DNA from: Mycobacteriales bacterium
GTDB lineage: Bacteria; Actinomycetota; Actinomycetes; Mycobacteriales; SCTD01
DNA: 64,000 nt
NCBI GenBank assembly: GCA_038230355.1
Contig: JBBRNK010000014.1
Coordinates: 24,747 to 88,746 of the forward strand
Direction: 5' to 3'
This document shows, one piece after another, positions 51,077-61,000 of this stretch (positions within the stretch are counted from its first letter, which is position 1; every line of letters begins with the position of its first letter). The notes beneath the pieces were generated by a model. The model worked only from the letters and a program-made list of their open reading frames with translations. It searched no databases and was not told where the DNA came from. Made by a program: the position numbers and the translations under genes.

Positions 51077-51865
51077 TCAGCGGGAGAGCTGGCGCAGAAC
51101 CCGGCGGGGATGGTCGCTGATCACGGCGTCGACGCCGAGGCCGAGGACAAACGCGATGTCCTCGGGGGTGTCGACGGTCCACACGTGGAGCCGGTTCCCG
51201 GAGGCGTGGACGCGTTCGACGTACCGGGGGTGGGCTTTGAGGATGTCGAGGGAAGGGCCGGCGACGTCGATCTGCGGGGGCAGGGTGCCGTCGCGATAGC
51301 GCAGCGGGACACGGGCCATCAGCAGCACGGTCGGCAGCTCGGGGGCCATCAGGTGAATCCGCCGCAGTGAGGTCGCCGCGAACGACATCACCGTCACCCG
51401 TGACGCCGAGCGGGAGACGGGGGACGCCAGCCCGTAGCGTGCCAGCAGGTCGAGCAGGGCACGTTCGACGAGACCGCCGTACCGGGTGGGGTGCTTGGTC
51501 TCGACGTGCAGCTCGACGGGGCGGTCGTGGTCGAGGGAGAGCTGGACCAGGCGCTCGAGCGTCAGGACCGCACCGTGGTCCTGCTCGGCTTGCTCCCAGG
51601 ACGCCTCGAGCAGCCGGTCCCCGCCCTTCCAGGACGCGAAGTCGAGCTCGGCGAGGTCGGCGAGCTCCAGGGTCGACACGACCCCGCGGCCGTCCGAGGT
51701 GCGGTCGACGCGGCGGTCGTGGACGCACACGAGGACGCCGTCGCGGGTCAGGCGCACGTCGCACTCGAGCGCGTCGGCGCCCTCGGCGACGGCCTTCTCG
51801 TACGCGGTGAGGGTGTGCTCGGCATGGGCGCCGGAGGAGCCCCTGTGGGCCACGACCAAGGTCAC
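51077..51865 (-). CDS. glycerophosphodiester phosphodiesterase
   Basis: VVAHRGSSG...ENT-like HTLTAYE, LECDVRLTRDG. Start is ambiguous (GTG 51865, 51880, 51886 or upstream). Confidence 0.85.
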   Translation of the reverse strand: MTLVVAHRGSSGAHAEHTLTAYEKAVAEGADALECDVRLTRDGVLVCVHDRRVDRTSDGRGVVSTLELADLAELDFASWKGGDRLLEASWEQAEQDHGAVLTLERLVQLSLDHDRPVELHVETKHPTRYGGLVERALLDLLARYGLASPVSRSASRVTVMSFAATSLRRIHLMAPELPTVLLMARVPLRYRDGTLPPQIDVAGPSLDILKAHPRYVERVHASGNRLHVWTVDTPEDIAFVLGLGVDAVISDHPRRVLRQLSR

Positions 51866-51914
51866 GCCGCCATGGTGCCGCACTGGCACCAAACCTGAGG
51901 ACGTCGCCACGCCC

Positions 51915-52952
51915 TCACTCCCCCTCCCTCGCCCCACGTGACGAGCGGAGCGCGACGCGCGGTGAGACCCCGTTCACCACGTCCACCACCGGCTCGCCGT
52001 CGAGCGCCCGGAGCAGGTTGGCCTTGGCCTGGCCGATGATCCGCATCGCGGCTTCCTGCGTCGAGCCGGCCGTGTGCGGCGACAGCAGCAGCCCGGGTAC
52101 GTCGAGCAGGTCACTCGTGGGTGGAAGCGGCTCGACGGCGTAGACGTCCGTGGCGGCCCGGATCCGGCCGCTCCGCAGCGCCTCGAGCAGGGCCTGCTCG
52201 TCGACGACCTCACCGCGCGCACCGTTGACGAGCAGGGCGCCAGGCTTCAAGGTCGCGATCCTGGTCGCGTCGAGCAGGCCCCTCGTCTGGGCTCCGAGGG
52301 CGATGACGAGGACGACGACGTCGCTGGTCGCGAGCAGCGCGTCGAGCGGCTGGTAGGGGACGGGCGCGTCGGCGTGCTCGCTCCTGGACCAGTAGGTGAC
52401 GGTGCAACCCAGAGCCTGGAACAACGCGCTGGTCCGGCGTCCGATCGCCCCCATCCCCACGACCCCGACGTGCTGGCCGGCGAGCTCGCGGGCGCCGAGG
52501 GAGGTCTGCGGCCACTCACCCCGGCGTACCGCCGCATCGGCTTCGACGGTCCTTTTCACGAGGGCGAAGGTCGCGCCGACGCACCACTCGGCAACGCTGG
52601 TCGCGTTGGCGCCGGCGCAGTTGGCGACCGGCGTACCGCGTCGGGTGCAGGCGTCGAGGTCGATCCCGTCGACCCCGGCGCTGGGCTGCTGGACGAACGC
52701 CACCCGCGGACCCGGGTCCTTCAGGGTCAGCTGCGGTGACCAGTCGCCCAGCACCAGGTCGACCGTGGGCAACAGCGCATCGACCTGTTCCTGGGTGCGC
52801 TCGGCTGGGGTGACCAGCTCGATCCGGGGGTCGCCGAACAGCGCCTGGAGCAGGTCGTGCGGGAGGGGAGGCAGTGCCAGCAGCCGCCGGGGAGCCGGCC
52901 GGGCGCCAGCAACGCGACGGCCGGGGCCGTCAGGGCGGTCGAGTTCATCCAT
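51915..52952 (-). CDS. D-isomer-specific 2-hydroxyacid dehydrogenase family protein
   Basis: ATG 52952. GVVGMGAIGRR NAD fold and catalytic His in LLLSPHTAGST. Confidence 0.85.
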   Translation of the reverse strand: MDELDRPDGPGRRVAGARPAPRRLLALPPLPHDLLQALFGDPRIELVTPAERTQEQVDALLPTVDLVLGDWSPQLTLKDPGPRVAFVQQPSAGVDGIDLDACTRRGTPVANCAGANATSVAEWCVGATFALVKRTVEADAAVRRGEWPQTSLGARELAGQHVGVVGMGAIGRRTSALFQALGCTVTYWSRSEHADAPVPYQPLDALLATSDVVVLVIALGAQTRGLLDATRIATLKPGALLVNGARGEVVDEQALLEALRSGRIRAATDVYAVEPLPPTSDLLDVPGLLLSPHTAGSTQEAAMRIIGQAKANLLRALDGEPVVDVVNGVSPRVALRSSRGAREGE

Positions 52953-52957
52953 GCCGG

Positions 52958-53284
52958 TCAGACGATCCAGGCCGACCCGGTGTCGCTGACGACGGGCAGT
53001 GACTGGGCGGCCCAGGCCAGCATGCCGCCTTCGACGTTGCGCGCCTCGACGCCCTGCGCGAGCAGCCACGCGGTGGCGTGCGCGGAACGGCTGCCAACCC
53101 GGCAGACCACCGACAGCGGCCGGTGCGCGGGAACATCCGCGAGCCGGTCCGGCAGCTCATGGAGCGGGATGTGGACGGCCTGCGGCGCGTGACCGGCGTT
53201 CCACTCGTCGTGCTCGCGGACGTCGAGCAGGATCTCGTCGCTGGCTTCCCGGGGGGTGACGGTCGCGATCTCATGCGGGTGCAT
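52958..53284 (-). CDS. rhodanese-domain sulfurtransferase
   Basis: 108 aa with active-site loop CRVGSRS. Confidence 0.85.
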   Translation of the reverse strand: MHPHEIATVTPREASDEILLDVREHDEWNAGHAPQAVHIPLHELPDRLADVPAHRPLSVVCRVGSRSAHATAWLLAQGVEARNVEGGMLAWAAQSLPVVSDTGSAWIV

Positions 53285-53332
53285 GACTGCAGTCTCGCAG
53301 GAGCCCCCCTTCGTCAGCCCCCGGGAGTGGCC

Positions 53333-54193
53333 CTACTTCAGCAGCCGCGACATCCGACGGTCGGCGAGGGGCTTGCCGCCGGTCTGGCAGGTCGGGCAGT
53401 ACTGCAGGGACTTGGTGGCGAAGGACACCTCGCGGATCGTGTCGCCACAGCGCGGGCAGGGGACGCCGGTGCGCGCGTGCACGCTGAGGTTCGACTTCTT
53501 CTCGGCCTTGAGCTCACCCGCGGCCATCCCCTCGGCCCGAACGACGGCCTCCCGCAACGTCCTCACGAGTGCCTCGTGGAGCTGGGCCACCTCCGCGGAC
53601 GTGAGGTGGCCGGCCGGCTTGAAGGGGGACAGGCCGACCTCCCACAGGACCTCGTCGCTGTAGGCGTTGCCGACGCCGGCGATGACCGACTGGTCGGTCA
53701 GGACGCCCTTGACCTGCGCCCGGACCCCCAGGAGCAGCTCCTCCAGCCGCTCGGCGGTGAACTCCGGCGACAGCGGGTCGATCCCCAGCCGGGCCACCCC
53801 CGGGACCTCGGAGGCGTCGGACACGACGTACACGGCGAGGCGTTTCTGGGTGCCCGCCTCCGTCAGGTCGAAGCCGGAGCCGTCGTCGAGGTGGACGCGG
53901 ATCCCGATCGGACCCTTGCCCATCCGCGGCGGCGCCGGTGGCAGCGTCGCGCGCCAGTGCAACCAACCTGCACGCGACAGGTGCGTCACCAGGTGCAGGC
54001 CGCTGACGTCGAGATCGAGGAACTTCCCGTGCCGGCTCGCGCCGGTGATCTCCAGCCCGGCGAGCGACGTGACCGGCGGCGCGTAGGTCTTGAGCACGTG
54101 AAACCCCGGTACGTCGACGCGGGCCACCACCCGCCCGACGGCGCGCTCGCGCAGGAACGCGACCAGCGACTCGACCTCGGGCAGCTCCGGCAC
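53333..54193 (-). CDS. Fpg/Nei-family DNA glycosylase (endonuclease VIII-like)
   Basis: GTG 54193 gives (M)PELPEVES. H2TH region and C-terminal zinc finger CPRCG...CPTCQ. Confidence 0.9.
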   Translation of the reverse strand: MPELPEVESLVAFLRERAVGRVVARVDVPGFHVLKTYAPPVTSLAGLEITGASRHGKFLDLDVSGLHLVTHLSRAGWLHWRATLPPAPPRMGKGPIGIRVHLDDGSGFDLTEAGTQKRLAVYVVSDASEVPGVARLGIDPLSPEFTAERLEELLLGVRAQVKGVLTDQSVIAGVGNAYSDEVLWEVGLSPFKPAGHLTSAEVAQLHEALVRTLREAVVRAEGMAAGELKAEKKSNLSVHARTGVPCPRCGDTIREVSFATKSLQYCPTCQTGGKPLADRRMSRLLK

Positions 54194-54288
54194 GCCGCCC
54201 ACGCTGTCACGAGTGGCGGCGAAGGAGCAACGCCATCGGCCCGCCCACGCGCAGCTCACGGTTCACCGGTTCCGGGGATACTCAGGCG

Positions 54289-55023
54289 ATGGATGAGCGG
54301 GCCTTCCTGGCGGCCTACGACGCACGGGCCTTCCCGCCGTTCGCGGTCACGGTCGACGTGGTGCTGCTGACCGTCCGGGAGGGCGTCCTGTCGGTGTTGC
54401 TCGTCGAGCGCGAGACGCACCCGTCCCGCGGCCGGCTCGCCCTGCCGGGCGGCTTCGTACAGGTCGACGAGGACCTCGAACAGGCGGCCGTGCGGCGCCT
54501 CGAGCAGGAGACCGGCGTACGCCGGTCGGTGGCCCACGTCGAACAGCTCGGCGCCTTCGGCGACCCCCATCGGGACCCGCGGATGCGGGTCGTTTCGGTG
54601 CCGTACCTGGTGTTCGCGCCGGACCTGCCCGCCCCCGTGCCGGGTGTGCGGGCGTCCTGGCTCGCCTGGGTGCCCGTCCGCGCAGTCGAGCCGGACCGGT
54701 TGGCCTTCGACCACGCCGCGGTGCTGGCGGCCGGCGTCGAACGGGCCCGGGCCAAGCTCGAGTACTCCCCCGTCGCGACCGCCTTCTGCGGTGAGGAGTT
54801 CACGATCGGGGACCTGCGGCGGGTCTACGAGGCGGTTTGGGGGGTGCCGCTGGACCCGCGTAACTTCCACCGCAAGACGACCGGTGCCGAAGGGTTCCTC
54901 GTCCCCGCCGGCCGCGAGTCGGTCCCGGGGCCCGAGGGCGGCCGGCCGGCTGCCCTCTACCGGCGCGGCGACGCCGTCCAGCTCCACCCCGCGATGCTCC
55001 GCCCCACCCACGCACCGTCCTAG
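54289..55023 (+). CDS. NrtR-like Nudix-domain transcriptional regulator
   Basis: N-terminal Nudix fold with an altered Nudix box (GGFVQVDEDLEQAAVRRLEQETG). C-terminal wHTH with FTIGDLRRVYEAV...DPRNFHRK, typical of NrtR. Confidence 0.75.
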   Translation: MDERAFLAAYDARAFPPFAVTVDVVLLTVREGVLSVLLVERETHPSRGRLALPGGFVQVDEDLEQAAVRRLEQETGVRRSVAHVEQLGAFGDPHRDPRMRVVSVPYLVFAPDLPAPVPGVRASWLAWVPVRAVEPDRLAFDHAAVLAAGVERARAKLEYSPVATAFCGEEFTIGDLRRVYEAVWGVPLDPRNFHRKTTGAEGFLVPAGRESVPGPEGGRPAALYRRGDAVQLHPAMLRPTHAPS

Positions 55024-55077
55024 CGGCCACGCTCAGCGACGGGGGCGGTTGCTAGGACGTCACGCGGGCGCAGACCG

Positions 55078-58000
55078 TCAGGACGGTCGGCGGCGGCGGC
55101 CGGCGAGCAGCAGGAGCAGGCCCACGCCGAACAGGCTGAGCGCCCACTCGCCCTGCAGATGCACGTCCGCACCGGTGAGCGGCAGGCCGCCACCGGGGTT
55201 GCCACCGTGCCCCCCGGGGTTGCCACCCTTGCTCGGGGTGCCGGGAGCGCCATTGGGGTTGTCCCCGCCACCCTTGATGCCGGTGCCTGTCCCAGCGCCC
55301 TTGACGGTCACCGACACCGTGGCGGTGCTGGTGTGGCCGTGGCCGTCACTGATCGTGTAGGTGAACGCGTCAGCCCCGGCGAAGCCGGCATCGGGTGTGT
55401 AGGTGCAGACACCTTCAAGGGTGCAGGTCACCGTGCCGTGCGCAGGGTCGGTGGTCCTGACCACACTCAGCGGGTCACCGTCGGGGTCGGTGTCGTTGTC
55501 GGTCACCGTGATCGTCACCGGCGTCGAGGGCTGCGCGGTGACGCGGTCCGGGACGGCCGTCGGGGGCCGGTTGGTGACGGTGAGGCTGACCGTGGTGGTC
55601 GCCGTACCGCCGTTGCCGTCCGAGACGGTGTAGGTGAAGGAGTCAGGACCGGCGTAGCCGTCGTTCGGGGTGTAGCTGCACACCCCGGCGCCGGTGCAGG
55701 TGACCGTGCCGTGCTGTGGCTGCGTGTACGCCGTGACCGTCAGAGGGTTGCCCTCGACGTCGGTGTCGTTGGCCAGGACGGAGACCGCTACCGGTACGCC
55801 GGTCGTGGTGGTGCCCTTGTCGGCCTTCGCGATGGGGGCGTCGTTGACGGGCGTCACGGTGAGCGTGACGGTCGCTGTGGCAGTGCCGCCCTTGCCGTCC
55901 GACACCGTGTAGGTGAAGGAGTCGGGCCCGTTGTAGTTCGTGGCGGGCGTGTAGGTGCAGATACCGGCCGCTGGGGCGGTGGTGCAGGTAACCGTCCCAT
56001 GCGTCGGCTGGGTGTACGACGTGACGGTCAGCGGGTCGCCGTTCGGGTCGGTGTCGTTGCCCAGGACGTCGATCGCCAGGGGCGTGTCCTCGAGCGTCGT
56101 GCCGCTGTCCGGGTTGGCGACCGGCACCCCGTTTGCCGCAGAGACGGTCAGGTCGACCGTCGCGGTGTCGAAGCCGCCGTTGCCGTCGGACACCGTGTAG
56201 GTGAAGGAGTCCGGTCCGCTGTACGCCGGGTCCGGGGTGTAGGTGCAGGACCCGGCGCCGGTGCAGCTGACCGTGCCGTGCGTCGGCTGCGTGTACGACG
56301 CGACCGTCAGCGGGTTGCCGTTGGGGTCGGTGTCGTTGCCCAGGACCCCGAAGGACGTCGCGACACCCGCGACGGCCACGCTGTCATTCGTCGCGACCGG
56401 CGGGGAGTTGATCGGCGCGACGACCGTGAAGGTCACGGTGGTCGTGGCGGTGCCGCCCCTGCCGTCGGAGACGGTGACCGTCACGGTGCTGGTGCCTGGG
56501 GTGGTCGCCGTACCGGAGAAGGTGCCGTCCGGGTTGAGCGTCACGCCGGCCGGCAACGTGCCCGTCGTGACCGCGAAGGTCAGCGGGTCGCCGTTGGGGT
56601 CGGAAGCGGACAGCGGGGTCGGGGTAGCTCCGACCGGCACGCTCTGCGACGTGTTGCCCGTGCTGCCGTCGAAGGCCGGTGGGGCGTTCTGCACGGTCAC
56701 GGAGACCGTGCCGACTGCGGTGTTGCCCGTGCCGTCGGAGACCGTGTAGGTGTAGCTGTCGGCCCCGGCGTAGCCCGGGTCGGGCGTGTAGGTGCACGCC
56801 GTCGCCGTGCAGCTGACGATGCCATGGGTCGGGGCGGTGTGACCGACGACCGACAGGGTGTTGCCCGCGTCCGGGTCGGTGTCGTTGGCGAGCACCTGGG
56901 TCGTCACGGCCGTGCCCGTGGGCGTCGTCGCGGTGTCGTTCACCGCGATGGGGGGGCTGCCCGGCGCGACGACGGCGGTGACCGTGATCACGAGGGTGGT
57001 GCTGGCGGTGCCACCCTTCCCGTCGCTGACCGTGATCACGACGGTCAGCGGGCCGCCGGCGGTGGTCGCCGTCCCGGAGAAGGTGCCGTCCGGGTTGAGG
57101 GTCAGGCCCGGCGGCAGGCTGCCACTGGTGACCGTGTAGACGAGCGGGTCACCGTTGGGGTCGGTCGCCGTCACCGGGAGCGGGGTGGTACCGACCTGGA
57201 TGGTCTGCGCCGTGTTGTTGCTCGTCGGGTCGAAGACCGGCGGGTTGTTGGGCGCCGCACTGACGGTGATCCGCACCGTGCCGGTGTCGGTCAGCCCGCG
57301 GCCGTCGGAGACGACGTAGGTGTAGCTGTCCGGTCCGGTGTAGCCGGGGTCGGACGTGTAGGTGCATGTCGGCGCAGGGTGCCCGACGGTCACCGTGTTG
57401 TCGCAGCTCACGGTGCCGTTCGCGGGCTGGGTCACCGATTGGACGGTCAGCGGGTCGCTGTCCGGGTCGGTGTCGTTGCCGAGAACCGTTGTGCTGACCG
57501 GCTGGCCTGAGGTGGCCGCGGCCGTGTCGTCAGCCGCGACGGGGGCGCGGTCCGGCGGCGGCGTGACCGTGATGGTCAGTGTCGTCGTGTCGGTGCCGCC
57601 GTTGCCGTCGCTCGCGGTGATGGTCACCGTGAAGGTGCCGGCGGTCGTCGCCGTACCGGAGAAGGTGCCGTCCGGGTTGAGGGTCACCCCCGGCGGCAGG
57701 GTGCCGTTCGTGACCGCGAAGGTGACGGTCTGGCCCGGGTCCGGGTCGGTGGCCGTCACCGCGACCGGGGTGGCTCCGACCCCGATGGTCTGCGCCGTGT
57801 TGCCGCTGGCCGAGGTGAACGCCGGCGGGTTGTTCGGGCTGACGGTGAGCACCAGCGTCGTGGTGTCGGTGCCGCCCTTACCGTCGGCCACGGTCACCGT
57901 GACCGTGTAGGTGCCCGAGGTCGTCGCCGTACCGGAGAAGGTCCCGTCCGGGTTGAGGGTCAGGCCCGGTGGCAGGCTTCCGCTGGCGACCGTGAAGCTC

Positions 58001-61000
58001 AGCGGGTCACCGTTGGCGTCCGTGGCGGTCAGCGCGACCGGCGTGGTGCCGAGGCCGACGGTCTGGGCGTCGTTGGTGGAGTCGGTCGTGAAGGCCGGGG
58101 CGGTGTTGCTGACGGTGACGTTGACGGTGCCGGTCGACGACAGGCCCGTCCCGGCGGTGATCACATAGGTGAAGCTGTCCGGCCCGGCGTAGCCCGTGGT
58201 GGGCGTGTAGGTGCAGGACGTGGTCGTACAGGTGGCCGTGCCGTGCGCCGGTGTCCCGACGGACGTGAGGGTGATCGGGGTGCCACTCGGGTCGGTGTCG
58301 TTGACCCTCGGGTCGAAGGTGATGACGCCGATCGTGGTGATCGCGTCGGTGTTGGCGACCGGCGGGCCGGCCGTCGAGACCTTGATGACCAGCGTGCTGG
58401 TGTCGGTGCCCCCGCGGCCGTCGGCGACCGTGACGGTGACGGTGTAGGTGCCCGAGGTGGTTGCCGTACCGGAGAAGGTGCCGTCCGCGTTGAGCGTGAT
58501 GCCCGGAGGCAGCGTCCCGCCGGTGGCGCTGTAGGTCAGCGGGTCACCGTTGGCGTCGGTCGCGGTGAGGGCTGCCGGGGTGCCGCCGACACCGATGGTC
58601 TGCGTGGTGTTGCCGGGCGCCGCGGTGAAGGCCGGCGGGGCGTTCGGGACGGTGATGACCAACGTGGTGCTGTCGGTCCCACCCAGGCCGTCGCTGACGT
58701 CGATCGTCACGGTGTAGGTACCCGGGACGGTCGGCGAGCCGGTGAACGTGCCGTCCGGGTTGAGCGTGACGCCCGCCGGGAGGCTGCCGCCAGTGAGCGT
58801 GTAGCTCAGCGAGTCGTTGTTCGCGTCCGTCGCCACGACCGCCGTGACGGTCCCGCCCGCGGGCACGGTCTGCGTCGTGTTGCTGGCCGCCGAGGTGTAG
58901 GCCGGCGGGGCGTTCGGGGTGACCTGGTTGCCGAAGTCGGCGGTCGTGTAGATCTGCGCGGCAGCCAGGGTGACCGTCACGACCGTCGGGGTGGTCGCAC
59001 TGCGGCCGGCCGGGGTCGCGGCCGTCACCGTGTAGGTGCCGGCGGCAAGGCTGTCGAACCGGTAGGCCCCACTGGCGTCGGTGGTGGTCGTCGCGAGGAC
59101 CGTCGGGCCCTGGGTGAGGGTGACGGTGACGGTCGCGAGGCCGGGCTCACCCGCGTCCTGGACCCCGTTGCCGTTGACGTCGTCGAAGACGAGGTCACCG
59201 ATGCTCGCGACACCGAGGCCGAAGTCGACCCCCGTCCGCTGCTGGCCGGCGACCAGCGGGGTCCCGACGGTGGCCGCCGTCGTGGCGGTCGTGCCGGTCG
59301 GCAGCGTGACCGTCACGGTGTAGCTGCCTGCGGGCAGACCCGGGAACTGGTAGGTGCCGGCCGCATCCGTCGTGGCCGTGGTGAGAACGGTCGCGCCCTG
59401 CCTGAGGGTGACGGTCACGCCGGCCCGGCCTGGCTCGCCGGCCTGCTGGGTACCGGAGCCGTCACGGTCGTCATAGACCATGCCGGACAGTGCCGCGTCG
59501 GACCGCAGGATCCCGAAGTCGACGCCGGTGACGGCCTGGCTGGGCGCGACGACGCGGGTCAGGGTGACCGGGCTGGTGGCGACGTAGCCGGTCGGTGTCG
59601 TGACGGTGACGGTGTAGGTGCCGGCCGGGAGGCCGCTGAACGCATAGGCCCCACTGGCGTCGGTCGCCTGGGTCGCGACGGGGCTACCGCCTCGGCTCAG
59701 CGTGACGGTCCCGCCCGGGTAGGACGGCTCGCCCGCCTGCTGCACCCCGTCCTTGCTGGGGTCGTTGAAGACGGTGCCGGAGACCGACGCGTCAACCGGC
59801 TGGAAGCCGAAGGCCGGGCCGGTGACACCAGCTGTCGTGACCGTGACGGTGCCGGTGACCGGGGTGCTGGCAAGCGTGCCGGCCGGTGCGGTAGCCGTCA
59901 CGGTGTAGGTGCCGGCCGGCAGGTTGGCGAACGTGTAGGTCCCACTCGGGCCGGTGACGACTGTCGCGACCGTGGTGGCTCCCTGCGTGAGGGTCACGGT
60001 CACCCCCGCGAGGGCCGGGTCGACCGCTCCGTCATCGGTGCCGTTGCCGTTGACGTCAGAGAACACCGGGCCGGTGACCGCGCCGCTGGTGGTGCGGGCG
60101 CCGAAGTCGATGCCGGTGACGGCGGTGCTGACCGGCACGGTCACGGTGACCGGGTCGGGCGTGGTCGCCGTACTGCCGACCGGGACCACGAACGTCACGG
60201 TGTAGGTGCCCGGGGCGAGCGTCCCGAAGGAGTAGCTGCCGTCGGCCGCCGTGGTCGTGGCGGGCTTGCTCGTCGGGCCCCCGCTGAGCTGGACGGTGAC
60301 GCCGCCGAGGGCGGGCTCACCGGCGTTGCGGGTCTGGTCGGCGTTGGGGTCGCTGAAGACGGTGCCGGCCAGGGAGGAGTCGACCTGCTGCACGCCGAAG
60401 TCGAGCGTGTTGTCGGTCGTGCTCGCCGCGAGGGTCGTGGTCCGGCTGGCACCACCGGTGGTGGTCGTCGTCGCGCCGACGGGCACGGTGAGGGCCACCG
60501 TGTAGGTGCCGGCGGTCAGGCCGGTGAAGGAGTAGGTCCCGTCAGAGGCGGTCGTGGCGGTCGTGACCGTGGTGCCGCCCTTCGTCAGGGTGACCGTGAC
60601 GCCGCTGAGGCCGACCTCGCCGGTGTCCTGCGTACCGTTGCCGTTGGTGTCGGTGAAGACCGTGTCGCCCAGGACCGACGTGGCCGGGGCGAGCCCGAAG
60701 TCGTTGGTCGTGGAGGTCGGGGCGCCGGCGGTCAGGAGCGCGGTCCGGACGGCCGGCGTGCTGGCCGTCGTACCCGTCGGGACGGTGACCGTGACGGTGT
60801 AACTGCCCAGGGGCAGGCCGGTGAAGGAGTAGCTGCCGCCGGCGTCGGTCGTGGTCGTTCCGACGAACGCGCCGCCCCGGGTGAGCGTGACGGTGACGCC
60901 CGGGCGGTTCGGGTCAGCGCCGTTCTTGGCGCCGTCGGCGCCGAGGTCGGTGAAGGCGATCCCGCTGACGACGCCCGGGATCGGCTCGAGGCCGATGTCG

